From Verrucomicrobiota bacterium (GTDB lineage Bacteria; Verrucomicrobiota; Verrucomicrobiia; Limisphaerales; J093): 64,000 bases of DNA. This document shows positions 55,013-64,000 of the stretch, in pieces. The stretch lies in the NCBI GenBank assembly GCA_050012855.1, contig JBEKGJ010000029.1, positions 128-64,127 of the forward strand, in the 5' to 3' direction. The notes beneath the pieces were generated by a model. That model was not told where the DNA came from and did not search any database. It saw nothing but the letters and a program-made list of their open reading frames with translations. The first letter of the stretch is position 1; every line of letters starts with the position of its first letter. The position numbers and the translations under genes were made by a program.

Positions 55013-55675
55013 ATGAAAATGCCAGTTTCTCTGAAGGCAAACCGGAACCGCTCCCGCGCACTGAGCTTGTTGGAGGTGCTGGTGGTGGTTGCAGTGGTGA
55101 TGGTTCTTCTCGTGCTACTGGCCTCGCTTGGTGGGCCAAGCCATGTAAAGGGAAAAGCGCGCCGCATCGGCTGTTGTAACAACCTTATGGAGATGGGCAT
55201 CAGCGCGCGTCTTTGGGCAGCCGATCATAGCAACTCGTTTCCGATGACGACCTCAACCAACCAGGGTGGCACCAAGGAAGTCGCTGCCTCAGTCTGGCGG
55301 AGTTACCTGGCGATGAGCAACGAGTTGGCGAATCCGAAAGTCCTTCTTTGCCCGGCCGATTCCCGCAAGCCGGCGATCAGCTTCACCTCTTTGCGGAACG
55401 AGAACATCAATTACTTCCTCAACCTGGATGCCAACGAAACCACCCCGGACGCGCTCCTCGCCGGCGATCGTAATCTGACCACCAACGGCGTTGCGGTGAA
55501 GCCTGGACTACTTACGATCCGGAGCAATTACGTCCTCGGTTTCAGCGAGGAGATGCACGTGCTTGTCGGCAATGTTCTTCTGTCGGATGGCAGTGTGCGG
55601 CAACTCGGTCCTCGGGGGTTCCAGGAACTGGTCCTCAGTGCCGGTTTGGACACCAACCGCCTCGTGGTTCCGTGA
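55013..55675 (+). CDS. Prepilin-type N-terminal domain protein (degenerate pseudopilin)
   Basis: 'ALSLLEVLVVVAVVMVLLVLL' and 'KVLLCPADSRK' are present. The gene has lower GC than its surroundings. Confidence 0.7.
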   Translation: MKMPVSLKANRNRSRALSLLEVLVVVAVVMVLLVLLASLGGPSHVKGKARRIGCCNNLMEMGISARLWAADHSNSFPMTTSTNQGGTKEVAASVWRSYLAMSNELANPKVLLCPADSRKPAISFTSLRNENINYFLNLDANETTPDALLAGDRNLTTNGVAVKPGLLTIRSNYVLGFSEEMHVLVGNVLLSDGSVRQLGPRGFQELVLSAGLDTNRLVVP

Positions 55676-55811
55676 AAGCGAGTTGGATCATCCCTTGCCG
55701 TCGCCGTGTCGGGCTACGTGGCCGATTCGCCGCCCGCATGAATAATTCGCTCCGCGGCCCCGACTCTCTCATGAAACCACCCGCTTGGAAGCGGGCGGTG
55801 GCACTGAGGTT

Positions 55812-57350
55812 ATGGACGACAACGACAGCCAGTTGATCGAGCGGTTCTTGCACGAGGGCGACGCCGAGGCGTTTGCGGCCATCATGGGCCGGTATGTGGC
55901 GATGGTCTATGGCACTTGCCGGCGCGTTTTGGGCAACGATGCCGAGGCTGCCGACGTCACGCAGGAGACATTCTTCCAGTTCCTGAAGAGCGCCGGCCGG
56001 GTGAGCGGATCGGTCGCCGGCTGGCTCCACCAGGTGGCCACGCGCCGGTCGATCGACCTGGTGCGCCGGGCCGCCTCGCGGCGCGCGCGGGAGCAACGCT
56101 TCGCGGCCGGGGACTGGGCGGAGAACGAAACCTGGGAGCAGCTCGAGCCCCTGGTGGACGAGGCCATGGAAAAACTGCCGCGCGAGTCGCGGGACCTGCT
56201 CGTGCTCCATTACCTGAAAGGCCGGACCACCACCCAAATCGCCGAGGCCGTCGGCGTGTCGCAGCCGACGGTGTCGCGGCGGGTGGTGGCCGCATTGGAA
56301 CAGTTGCGTGAAAACCTGCGCGCCGCCGGCGTGCCGGTCGCCGCCGGGGTGCTCGTCGCGATGTTGACCGCGGGAGCCGAGGCCGCCACGGTGCCCCCGC
56401 CGCTCCTCGGATCGCTCGGCAAACTGGCGATGACGCAGGCGGCGTCAACGGGCGTGGTCCTCCCGGTTTCCTCCGGGTTGAGCAACGCGATCGCCACAGT
56501 GACGGCGGGCTTGGGGGCGCTGGCCGCGGTGGGGGGCATTGCCTGGATTGTGGCGAACCAGACCGGCGGGCGGCCGCAGACGACACCGGCGGTGGTCCGC
56601 GGAGCGATCACTGCGTCGGCGCCCGAACTGGCGGACGCGGAAACGTCCACGAACACGAGCCCGGACGCGGGCCTGCAGCCCGCGATGGCGAGCAACCCGC
56701 CCGCACCCCTCACCGCCATGGCATCACTCTCCGTCCTGGTGACGAATGCGCCGCCAGCGAGGGTGTCGGGGCAACTGTCCAGTTGGGAAAACCGGCGGGA
56801 AACACGGTCCGCGTGGGGGACAAGCCAGGGTGGTGGGGGAAGCGGGAGCATGAGTGCTTCGGGCGGCGGCTTTCTTTCGGCGGACGGTAACGGTTTCGTT
56901 TCGGGCGCGACGAACCCCGGCCGTGATGCAGCGGTGCCGGGCGGCTTCGGTCGCACCGGCGGGGTCCCCGGTTACCGTGGCATGATGCGCGGCGGGATGG
57001 GCGGGGGAAGCGGCGGTTTTGCCAGCGGCGGCGCGGGGGGCGGAGCCGGGTTCGGTGTGCGTTCGGGCGGCGGTTTTGGCCAGGGTGCTGGCGGTGCCGG
57101 CACCGGCTTCGGCGGGTTCCCGGGCGGATTCGGTGGTGGCAGCGCGGGGGCTGGCGGGGGCTGGGGCGGCAGTGTTGTCGCCAGCGGGGGCGGTGGGATC
57201 CTTGGTCCCGATGGTCGCCCAATCACCGTGTCGGGCGGTTACGGGGTGACCAATTCCACGTTCACGCGGACAACGGCTCCGGATGGGGCGGTGGCCGAGA
57301 CCCGGGAATACAGCTCGACGAATTCAGGGCCCGTCGCGCCCGCGCGCTGA
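55812..57350 (+). CDS. ECF-type sigma-70 family factor fused to a TM segment and a ~250-aa Gly-rich tail
   Basis: Region 2 is 'DAEAADVTQETFFQFL..WLHQVATRRSIDLVRR' and region 4 is 'TTTQIAEAVGVSQPTVSRRV'. A TM segment and a long 'GGGSGGFASGGAGGGAGFG' tail follow. Confidence 0.8.
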   Translation: MDDNDSQLIERFLHEGDAEAFAAIMGRYVAMVYGTCRRVLGNDAEAADVTQETFFQFLKSAGRVSGSVAGWLHQVATRRSIDLVRRAASRRAREQRFAAGDWAENETWEQLEPLVDEAMEKLPRESRDLLVLHYLKGRTTTQIAEAVGVSQPTVSRRVVAALEQLRENLRAAGVPVAAGVLVAMLTAGAEAATVPPPLLGSLGKLAMTQAASTGVVLPVSSGLSNAIATVTAGLGALAAVGGIAWIVANQTGGRPQTTPAVVRGAITASAPELADAETSTNTSPDAGLQPAMASNPPAPLTAMASLSVLVTNAPPARVSGQLSSWENRRETRSAWGTSQGGGGSGSMSASGGGFLSADGNGFVSGATNPGRDAAVPGGFGRTGGVPGYRGMMRGGMGGGSGGFASGGAGGGAGFGVRSGGGFGQGAGGAGTGFGGFPGGFGGGSAGAGGGWGGSVVASGGGGILGPDGRPITVSGGYGVTNSTFTRTTAPDGAVAETREYSSTNSGPVAPAR

Positions 57351-57418
57351 TCCACCTCCGGGAGTTCTTCGACCGCGAATCGGCAGCATGGTGCGGGGGC
57401 CGGGGCCGCCAGTGCAAC

Positions 57419-57610
57419 TCACGAGGCGGGCCGGTTCTTCCCGCGCGAAGCCGGTGATCCCTTGCGTTGCTGCACCGCCTCGCGCAGGAGGAATTCGATC
57501 TGGCCATTGACGCTCCGCAATTCTACCTGCGCCCATTGCTCCAGCTCCTTCCAGAGTGCCGGGCTGATGCGCAGCAGAAATGACTTCCGTTCTTCCATGC
57601 CGGCGTTCAA
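57419..57610 (-). CDS. Arc/MetJ-type ribbon-helix-helix DNA-binding protein
   Basis: '[37 protein letters not shown]' is present. Confidence 0.7.
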   Translation of the reverse strand: MNAGMEERKSFLLRISPALWKELEQWAQVELRSVNGQIEFLLREAVQQRKGSPASRGKNRPAS

Positions 57611-57639
57611 ACGGGTTCAGATGATGGCGTGAGACCGGC

Positions 57640-58065
57640 TTACTTGATGTAGTAGCCGGAAACCCGCCATTGGCCGTCCTTCTCCAGCATGGGCGTGATC
57701 GTTTCCACGGCGACCGCCTTGTGCTCGAAGGTGGTGTCGAATTGGATCACCACATAGGAGCCGTCGGGCGCACCGGGGAGCGCGGTGGTGGCTTGCGCGG
57801 ATTTCAGCTTGCGCGACACCAGCTTGCCCAGCGGAGTGCGGGCGGCGCGGATGCCGGTTTCCCAGGCCGCTTGGTTGACGGCGGCCTTGGCAACCGCGGC
57901 GGCGTCCTCCCAGCTCCGCGAGTACTTTTCGCCGTCCACCAGGGCCGCCCAGGTCTGGGCGGATGCGATGGCAGCCTGGTTGGCTGCGGTTGGCGCCGGT
58001 TGCTTGCCGCATCCGGCGAGCGCGAGGGTCAAGAGACCCAACAACAGTGCAGGAGAAGTTTTCAT
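57640..58065 (-). CDS. DUF4019-domain lipoprotein
   Basis: It has the lipobox 'LALAGC', followed by 'YSRSWEDAA...LGKLVSRKL...LPGAPDGSYVVIQFDTTFEHK...DGQWRVSGYYIK'. Confidence 0.75.
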   Translation of the reverse strand: MKTSPALLLGLLTLALAGCGKQPAPTAANQAAIASAQTWAALVDGEKYSRSWEDAAAVAKAAVNQAAWETGIRAARTPLGKLVSRKLKSAQATTALPGAPDGSYVVIQFDTTFEHKAVAVETITPMLEKDGQWRVSGYYIK

Positions 58066-58098
58066 GGTGATGGCCCTAACGGGGGTGATGGTTTTCCC

Positions 58099-58155
58099 AG
58101 TTTCAAGTTTCAAGTTTCAGATTTCGAGCTTCGAGTTTCGAGCTTCGAGCTTCGA
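58099..58155. repeat. Tandem heptamer array (~8 units) abutting the SPFH stop codon (copy H5)
   Basis: The array reads 'agtttca agtttca agtttca gatttcg agcttcg agtttcg agcttcg agcttcg'. Confidence 0.85.
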
Positions 58156-59166
58156 TCAGGTGTAGAGGGTGCCGGTGTTGACGACCGGCGTGACTTCGGC
58201 TTCGCCGCACAGGACGACGAGCAGATTGCTGACCATGGCGGCCTTGCGTTCGTCGTCGAGCTGGACGACCTGCTTTTCCTGCAACTCGCGCAGGGCCATT
58301 TCCACCATGCTGACCGCGCCGTGGACGATTTTCTGTCGGGCGGCGATCACGGCCTCGGCCTGCTGGCGGCGCAACATGACCTGGGCGATTTCCGGCGCGT
58401 AGGCCAGATGGGTCAGGCGCGCCTCTTCGACGGCCACACCGGCCTTGGCGAACCGTTCCTCGAGCTCGCGCCGCAACGCCTGCGACACTTCCTCAATGCT
58501 GCTGCGGAGGGTGGTTTCGCCCTCTTCGCCGTGGTCGTAGGCGTAGGAATTGGCCAGATGCCGCAGCGCGGACTCGCTCTGCATCTCGACGTATTTTTCG
58601 TAATCGTCCACGTCGAACACGGCCTGGGCGGTGTCGCGCACGCGCCAGACGACGACGGCGCCGATTTCGATGGGGTTGCCGCGCTTGTCATTGACCTTGA
58701 GTTTCTCGCCGTTGAGGGTGCGGGCGCGGAGGGAGATTTTGTTGCGCCCCATCGTTTTCTTGGTCGGCGCGGGGGGCGGGGTTCCCGACTTGGCGGCCGC
58801 CATCTGGCTTTGGACCGCCATCCAGCGCGAGCACGACGAGCCGTTGGTGTAAAACGGATTGCCCCAGAAGAAGCCGCTTTCGCGCACGGTGCCCTTGTAT
58901 TGGCCAAAGAGGACCAGCACGCGGGCCTCGTTCGGTTGGAGGCTGAAGAAACCGGTGACGAGAATGACCCAGACAGGTTCGAGCAGGAGGGCGAGGAACA
59001 TCAGGCCCACGAGCGGATGGCCGGCGGGCCCGGCGCCGGCCAGGATGGAATAGACCAGGAGGGCCTGGATGGCGATGAACAGGGCAATGAGCAGCGGCAG
59101 CATCAGCCAGCCGTTGTGGACGTGGACCGCGCGTTCGCGATTGGAGGTCATGGGTTCGGTATTCAT
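58156..59166 (-). CDS. SPFH/band-7 domain membrane protein
   Basis: Two N-terminal TM segments precede the SPFH core '[39 protein letters not shown]' and a coiled-coil '[19 protein letters not shown]'. Confidence 0.9.
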   Translation of the reverse strand: MNTEPMTSNRERAVHVHNGWLMLPLLIALFIAIQALLVYSILAGAGPAGHPLVGLMFLALLLEPVWVILVTGFFSLQPNEARVLVLFGQYKGTVRESGFFWGNPFYTNGSSCSRWMAVQSQMAAAKSGTPPPAPTKKTMGRNKISLRARTLNGEKLKVNDKRGNPIEIGAVVVWRVRDTAQAVFDVDDYEKYVEMQSESALRHLANSYAYDHGEEGETTLRSSIEEVSQALRRELEERFAKAGVAVEEARLTHLAYAPEIAQVMLRRQQAEAVIAARQKIVHGAVSMVEMALRELQEKQVVQLDDERKAAMVSNLLVVLCGEAEVTPVVNTGTLYT

Positions 59167-59496
59167 GGCAGGATGGGTTTGTGGACGGGCATGTTCAATA
59201 TCTTGGTGATATCATATTGCAATCATCCGGCCTGTCAACAGGAATTTGGGGTAATGCCCCAATGTGATTGGACCGCGGCTGTGTGCCCTGCACCAGCCGC
59301 AGCGGTCCCTGCCTGCTGCGGCTGACGCTTCGCGCACCGCCGCGGTCATGGAAACGGCAGGCCCAGTCGGGACATGACCGGGTTTTGGCGGCGGCCGGCC
59401 GGGCCATCGTCTAATCGAATGTCTCAATGATTCCCCACGGCTTATCAATTAACGGTTCCGGCCCCGGAGGCCTAGTTTTGCGGCGTCAAACGGAGC

Positions 59497-59910
59497 ATGA
59501 ACGCGATGACCCATCTGCAACCGCCGGAGGTCAACCTCCTGGCGGCGTGGATCGGCGTCGTGGCCGGCCTCCTCGCCGGTGCGGCGCTGGGTCTGGGTTT
59601 TGACCGGCCGGACTGGCTGGGCGGCTACGCCAGTCACCGGCGCCGGCTCTACCGCCTGGCGCACATTTCGCTGTTCGGTCTGGCGCTGCTGAACGCGCTT
59701 GGCTTTTTCACCGTGCGGCTGGCGCTGACGACCACGCCGGCGGTGGTGGTGGCGGGGTGGGCGTTGATCGCGGGGGCGCTGACGATGCCGGTGAGTTGTG
59801 TCGTGCTGGCGCATCGGCCGGGCTGGCCGCCGGTGCTGCTGTTTGCCGTGCCCGTCGGAAGCCTGTTCGTTGCGGGCATCGTGTTGGCGGGAAAGGTGGC
59901 GGGTTTATGA
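59497..59910 (+). CDS. Small 4-TM membrane protein, unknown function
   Basis: It has four hydrophobic segments. Its TGA overlaps the ATG of the radical SAM gene (ttATGAag at 59907-59910). Confidence 0.65.
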   Translation: MNAMTHLQPPEVNLLAAWIGVVAGLLAGAALGLGFDRPDWLGGYASHRRRLYRLAHISLFGLALLNALGFFTVRLALTTTPAVVVAGWALIAGALTMPVSCVVLAHRPGWPPVLLFAVPVGSLFVAGIVLAGKVAGL

Positions 59911-61271
59911 AGAAACGCATTGGATTCATTGCGATGAGCGGCGTGCGGGCGCACAACGCGGAACTCACCAAACTTGGGCTGACGCTGCCCGGCTTCGTGG
60001 AGCGCAACAAGATCATCGCGTCGCTGCCGAGCCTGGGATTGCTCACACTCGCGGGGCTTACGCCGGACCGCTTCGACGTCGCGTATCATGAGATCGCGGA
60101 CCTGCGGCAGACGGGCGACGCGCTGCCGGACGAGTTCGACCTGGTGGCGATCAGCACGTTCACGGCCCAACTCAAGGAGGCTTTCGAGGTGGGGGACGCG
60201 TATTTGGCCCGCGGCACACCGGTGGTCATGGGCGGCATCACCGTCAGCGCGCTGGCGGACGAGGCGCTGGCCCATTGCACCAGTGTCGTCGTGGGCGAGG
60301 GGGAACCGCTCTGGCCGGAGGTGCTGCACGATTTCGAGCGCGGCCTGCTCAAACCGCGCTACGTGCTGTCACCTCCGGACCAGTTCGATCTCCGCGACGC
60401 GCCGATGCCGCGATTCGATCTGCTCGACCCGGCGAAATACAACCGGCTCACGGTGCAAACCAGCCGTGGCTGTCCGCATTCCTGCGAGTTTTGCGCCAGT
60501 TCGATTTTGCTCACCGGTCGCTACAAGGTGAAGCCGGTCGAGAAGGTCGTCGCCGAGATCCAGGCGATCAAGCGGCGCTGGCCCCAGCCGTTCATCGAAT
60601 TCGCCGACGACAACAGTTTTGTCCAGCGCGACCACTACAAGCGACTGCTGCGCGCGCTGGTGAAGGAGGGCCTGCATTGGTTCACCGAGGCGGATGTGCG
60701 CGTGGCGGAGGACGACGACCTGCTGGGCTTGATGCGCGATTCCGGCTGCCGGCAGGTGCTCATCGGTCTGGAGAGCCTGCGGCCGGCGAGCCTCGACGGG
60801 ATTGAACTCCGCACCAACTGGAAGCTGCGCCACCAGGATCGCTATCGCGAGGCAATCGCGAAGATCCAATCCTTCGGCATCACGGTGAACGGGTGCTTCA
60901 TTCTCGGGCTCGACGGCGACACGCCGGAGGTGTTCGACGAGGTGCTGCGGTTCGTGCGCGAGTCGGGGCTTTACGAGGTGCAGATCACGTTCCTGACGCC
61001 GTTTCCTGGCACCCCGCTTTACGAGCGATTGGAGGCCGAGGGACGGCTGTTGCGGCCGGGGGCTTGGGAACTTTGCACCCTCTTCGACATCAATTTCACC
61101 CCGCGCGACATGAGCGTCGAGGAACTGCAGCGCGGTTTTCTCGGGCTGGGGAAGCAGTTGTATGCCGCGGAGGAGACGGCGGCGCGGCGGCGGCAGTTCA
61201 CCGAGCGCCTCAAGAGCTCGCCCAACTTCCGGCGCCGGGCGGGCGGCCGGGACACCGCCCTGGCGGCGTAG
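59907..61271 (+). CDS. B12-binding-domain radical SAM protein
   Basis: The N-terminal B12-like domain is 'DLVAISTFTAQ...GTPVVMGGITVS'. The cluster motif is 'TSRGCPHSCEFCAS' (CxxxCxxC). Confidence 0.9.
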   Translation: MKKRIGFIAMSGVRAHNAELTKLGLTLPGFVERNKIIASLPSLGLLTLAGLTPDRFDVAYHEIADLRQTGDALPDEFDLVAISTFTAQLKEAFEVGDAYLARGTPVVMGGITVSALADEALAHCTSVVVGEGEPLWPEVLHDFERGLLKPRYVLSPPDQFDLRDAPMPRFDLLDPAKYNRLTVQTSRGCPHSCEFCASSILLTGRYKVKPVEKVVAEIQAIKRRWPQPFIEFADDNSFVQRDHYKRLLRALVKEGLHWFTEADVRVAEDDDLLGLMRDSGCRQVLIGLESLRPASLDGIELRTNWKLRHQDRYREAIAKIQSFGITVNGCFILGLDGDTPEVFDEVLRFVRESGLYEVQITFLTPFPGTPLYERLEAEGRLLRPGAWELCTLFDINFTPRDMSVEELQRGFLGLGKQLYAAEETAARRRQFTERLKSSPNFRRRAGGRDTALAA

Positions 61272-61280
61272 CGGCGCGGG

Positions 61281-63812
61281 TCACGGGTCGCGGCGTGGCT
61301 CCACGCCCAGCAGGTTGCGCACGAAGAAATCGGCGCGTCGGCGTTTGCCGTAGGGACTTTCGGCGGCGCCGTGGTCGGAGCCGGTGATCACCAGCAGCTC
61401 GAAATCCTTGTTCGCCTTTTCCAGCGCGTTGACGACCTGCATCGTCGAGGACGGGTCCACGTTGTGATCGAGCTCACCGACGATGAGCAGCAGTTTGCCC
61501 TGGAGCTTGTGGGCGTCGGCGACGTTCGAGCTTCGGACGTAGCTCTCGTCCACCGGCCAGCCCATCCAGAGTTCGTTCCACCAGATCTTGTCCATGCGGT
61601 TGTCGTGACAGCCGCAGTCGGCGACGCACACCTTGTAGAAATCCCCATGATCGAGCAGCGCGCGCAGGGCGTTTTGTCCGCCGGCCGAGCCGCCATAGAT
61701 GCCGAGGCGGGCGAGGTCCATCTCGGGATGCTGCGCGGCCGCGGCCTTGATCCAGAGAATGCGGTCGGGAAAGCCGGCGTCGGCGAGGTTTTTCCAGCCG
61801 ACGTCGTGGAAGCGCTTCGACCGGTTCGAGGTGCCCATGCCGTCCATTTGCACGACGATGAAACCAAGTTCCGCCAGTTCCTGCTGGCCGTGGAACGCCC
61901 GGAATTCCTTCGGCGTGAAGGAATCCTGGGGGCCGGCGTAAATGTCCTCGATCACCGCGTATTTCTTCGCCGGGTCAAAGTTCGTCGGCCGAAAAATGAC
62001 GCCGTAAATGTCGGTGTCGCCGTCGCGGTCTTTGGCGACGAACGGCTCCGGGGCGCGCCAGCCGGTCTGGAGCAGCGCGCTCCCGTCGGCGTGTTCGAGT
62101 TCACACACCAGCCGGCCGTTATCGGCACGGCGCAGTTCGGTGACGGGCGGTTGGTCCACGCGGGACCAGGTGTCGAGCAGGAACCGGCGGTTGGGGGAGA
62201 ACTGCACGCGGTGGCTGCCGTCGCCCTCGGTGAGCACGGTCAACCCGGTGCCGTCGAAGTTCACGCGACAAAAGTGAAGGTAGTACGGATCCTGGCCGGA
62301 ACGGATGCCGCCGGTGCGAAACCAGATTTGGCGCGCCTTCTCGTCCACGTGCTCGACGCCCCGCACGACCCACTCGCCGCGCGTGATCTGGTTTTTCACC
62401 TGCCCGGTTGCGGCGTCGTAGAGATAGAGATGGTTCCAGCCGTCGCGCTCCGACATCCAGATGATCTCGCCGGTGTCTTCGAGGTAATGCGCGTAGAACT
62501 TGCCGGAGTAGTCAATGAACGTCTTGCTCTGTTCGTCCACGATGGCCCGCGCGGCGCCGCTGACGGCGTCCACGGCGATGATGCGCAGGACCTGGTGACC
62601 GCGCTGGTTGTAAACGAAGGTAAACTGCTTCGATTCGCGGTCCCAGCGGATATCCTCCGCGCTCCACGGATTGGGAAACAGCGCGTCGCTGACGGGGATC
62701 TCTTTGCGGGCGACGGCGTCGAAGAGATGCGGGCGGGGCAGGGGAATCGGGTCACCCGGCTTGAGGTAGTCGTAGGAAAGTAGTTTTGGCTGGAGCTGGT
62801 CCTTCGGCGAGGACTCGACGAGATAGACTTTGCGGTCGCCGCCTTTTTTTGTTCGGACGGCGACCAGTTTCCGCGAATCAGGCGACCAGAAGATCTCGCC
62901 GCCATAAGCGTCGCCAGCGGTGCCGTCGGTGCTGAGCGCTGATTCGTTGCCACTTGCCAGGTCACGCAGCCAGACGTTGTGGTCCTTGATGAGCGCAGCC
63001 CAACGGCGGTCGGGCGAAACGTGTCCCGGCGTCGCAGGCGGTGCGGGCTTTTCTGGCTCCGGCAGGGATTTCGTTGCGGGCTCTTCAATCACGGCTTCGC
63101 CGCCGTTTTCCGTGGCCTCGAAGACTGCCAGTTCGCGGCCCTGGGAATCGGCGGCGAGCCAGATGTGGCCAGCGAACGTGTGTTGGCGGTAGCGGTCGCC
63201 GGGCGCGACGGTCGCGTAACGCCGCTGCTCGCCCTCCTCGTTCAACCAGAAGATCACCGCTTCGGCTTTGGTGCGGTTGACGAACGTGATCGAGGTTTCC
63301 TCGCCGGTGCGCCGGGTCGCGTGCGGGCGCTTCAACGTGGGCAGAGAGGAAACCGGCGCTTCGTTGCGCGTTTCAGCGGTGAGTTCGTAAGTTTGCAGGT
63401 CGCAGCGCCACCACTTGTCGCGGCTGCCGAAAACGAGCGCGGCGTGGTTGGTCGCGAATTCGAGCCAGTCCAGCGGCAGTTTGTCGGCGGCGACGGTCTC
63501 GCTGGTCACCTTGGCGAGCGCGTCCGCGAGGCGGGCGTGGTCGAAGGCGGGGGCGCGCGTGCCCTGTTCCGCATCCACCAGGATGAACTCGCTCGCGCCC
63601 CCGGGCAGGTCGTTGCGATACCAGAAACGCGTGTTGTCGCCGAACCAGTGTGGCTCGACCTTCGCGCGAAAGACCTTGCCGTCGGTCAGGTGGCGCAACC
63701 CGGCGGCGCGCTCATAATCGGCCCGCGTGCCTTGCGCCAGCGCGACGAGCCCGACCATCACCGGCGCAAGCCAGCGTGCCGTCCGGACGAAGCCGCGAAC
63801 CCTCGCGTTCAT
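61281..63812 (-). CDS. Secreted S9-family dipeptidyl-peptidase IV (DPP4 N-terminal propeller + alpha/beta hydrolase)
   Basis: It has a signal peptide, a propeller region and the nucleophile elbow 'GIYGGSAGGQNAL'. The C-terminal 'GELDHNVDP' and 'GSDHG' complete the catalytic triad. Confidence 0.9.
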   Translation of the reverse strand: MNARVRGFVRTARWLAPVMVGLVALAQGTRADYERAAGLRHLTDGKVFRAKVEPHWFGDNTRFWYRNDLPGGASEFILVDAEQGTRAPAFDHARLADALAKVTSETVAADKLPLDWLEFATNHAALVFGSRDKWWRCDLQTYELTAETRNEAPVSSLPTLKRPHATRRTGEETSITFVNRTKAEAVIFWLNEEGEQRRYATVAPGDRYRQHTFAGHIWLAADSQGRELAVFEATENGGEAVIEEPATKSLPEPEKPAPPATPGHVSPDRRWAALIKDHNVWLRDLASGNESALSTDGTAGDAYGGEIFWSPDSRKLVAVRTKKGGDRKVYLVESSPKDQLQPKLLSYDYLKPGDPIPLPRPHLFDAVARKEIPVSDALFPNPWSAEDIRWDRESKQFTFVYNQRGHQVLRIIAVDAVSGAARAIVDEQSKTFIDYSGKFYAHYLEDTGEIIWMSERDGWNHLYLYDAATGQVKNQITRGEWVVRGVEHVDEKARQIWFRTGGIRSGQDPYYLHFCRVNFDGTGLTVLTEGDGSHRVQFSPNRRFLLDTWSRVDQPPVTELRRADNGRLVCELEHADGSALLQTGWRAPEPFVAKDRDGDTDIYGVIFRPTNFDPAKKYAVIEDIYAGPQDSFTPKEFRAFHGQQELAELGFIVVQMDGMGTSNRSKRFHDVGWKNLADAGFPDRILWIKAAAAQHPEMDLARLGIYGGSAGGQNALRALLDHGDFYKVCVADCGCHDNRMDKIWWNELWMGWPVDESYVRSSNVADAHKLQGKLLLIVGELDHNVDPSSTMQVVNALEKANKDFELLVITGSDHGAAESPYGKRRRADFFVRNLLGVEPRRDP

Positions 63813-64000
63813 CGCTTCATCAGGGCTTCGATCTCGCCGGCCTCGATCGGAATGTCCGCCATCAAATCCACCGGGCCGTGCTCGGTGATGAGGATGTCGT
63901 TCTCCAGGCGCACGCCAAAACCCTCCTCGCGGATGTAGATGCCCGGCTCGCAGGTCAGCACCCAGCCAGGCTGCATCGGCTGTGTGGTGAAGCCCACATC
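63809..64000 (-). CDS. Xaa-Pro aminopeptidase (M24B), C-terminal part only; continues beyond window
   Basis: 'VLTCEPGIYIREEGFGVRLENDILITEHGPVDL' is the M24 C-terminal signature. Its stop overlaps the DPP-IV start (ATGA). Confidence 0.8.
   Translation of the reverse strand, partial: DVGFTTQPMQPGWVLTCEPGIYIREEGFGVRLENDILITEHGPVDLMADIPIEAGEIEALMKR

Noticed and set aside
56500-57350. The glycine-rich tail of the sigma factor considered as a separate gene, or as a nucleotide tandem repeat.
   Set aside because: The frame is continuous from the sigma domains with no internal start or RBS signal. The DNA is low-complexity, but I found no strict nucleotide period.
59170-59496. A possible cobalamin riboswitch in the 330-nt leader of the B12-radical SAM operon.
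   Set aside because: There are some loose resemblances ('gctgacgc...gcggtcatggaaacgg'). However, I could not find the conserved 'GGTG.AA.CC' region or a convincing B12 box ('GCCACTG' context) on the plus strand. An Rfam RF00174 scan would be needed, so I make no call.

Overview
This is 64 kb of high-GC bacterial chromosome, roughly 60-65 % GC by eye. The gene content includes prepilin-type 'DUF1559-like' proteins, DUF5107-TPR, ThuA, DUF4019, an alginate-export porin and an ECF sigma factor with a long tail. Together with a dense population of short GC-rich palindromic repeats, this suggests a Verrucomicrobiota/PVC-type genome (inference). The backbone carries tRNA-Leu(GAG), a HAD-Nudix fusion coupled to folB, tsaD, an S41 protease, ispD, a lone nuoA, a Fur-family regulator, argS, ptsN, mutL, a POT peptide transporter, metY, pdxA, a PaaK-like ligase with an ACT protein, purA, uppS, glycoside hydrolases, an SPFH protein, a B12-radical SAM enzyme, DPP-IV and PepP. 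Five parts are accessory or unusual. (i) A low-GC two-gene islet at 6.65-7.6 kb encodes an unknown protein and a PD-(D/E)xK-like nuclease. (ii) A decayed defence islet next to mutL (16.0-17.7 kb) holds a PrrC/RloC-type AAA_13 fragment and a disrupted Zn-ribbon/DUF4365 gene. (iii) A region of about 8 kb (41.2-49.5 kb) is a graveyard of at least two type I R-M systems. It contains an internally deleted hsdR, a 5'-truncated hsdM, a frameshifted hsdS, duplicated gene termini, two RAYT copies with 90-bp REP arrays and several MITE families. It also contains a frameshifted PIN toxin/antitoxin pair, a four-helix-bundle (23S-IVS type) gene and an uncharacterised low-GC membrane protein, which is my best candidate for a new defence or abortive-infection gene. 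(iv) A split ebo-like gene set has eboD/eboF-like genes at 23.5-26.1 kb and an eboE-like gene at 50.0-51.2 kb. The eboE-like gene sits next to two twin-domain ABC-2 permeases with no ATPase, and the block is bracketed by a perfect 26-nt inverted repeat. (v) A family of 7-nt-periodic intergenic elements recurs across the window. I saw no rRNA, CRISPR array or cas genes. All homology statements come from reading the translations and from memory of protein families, not from database searches.
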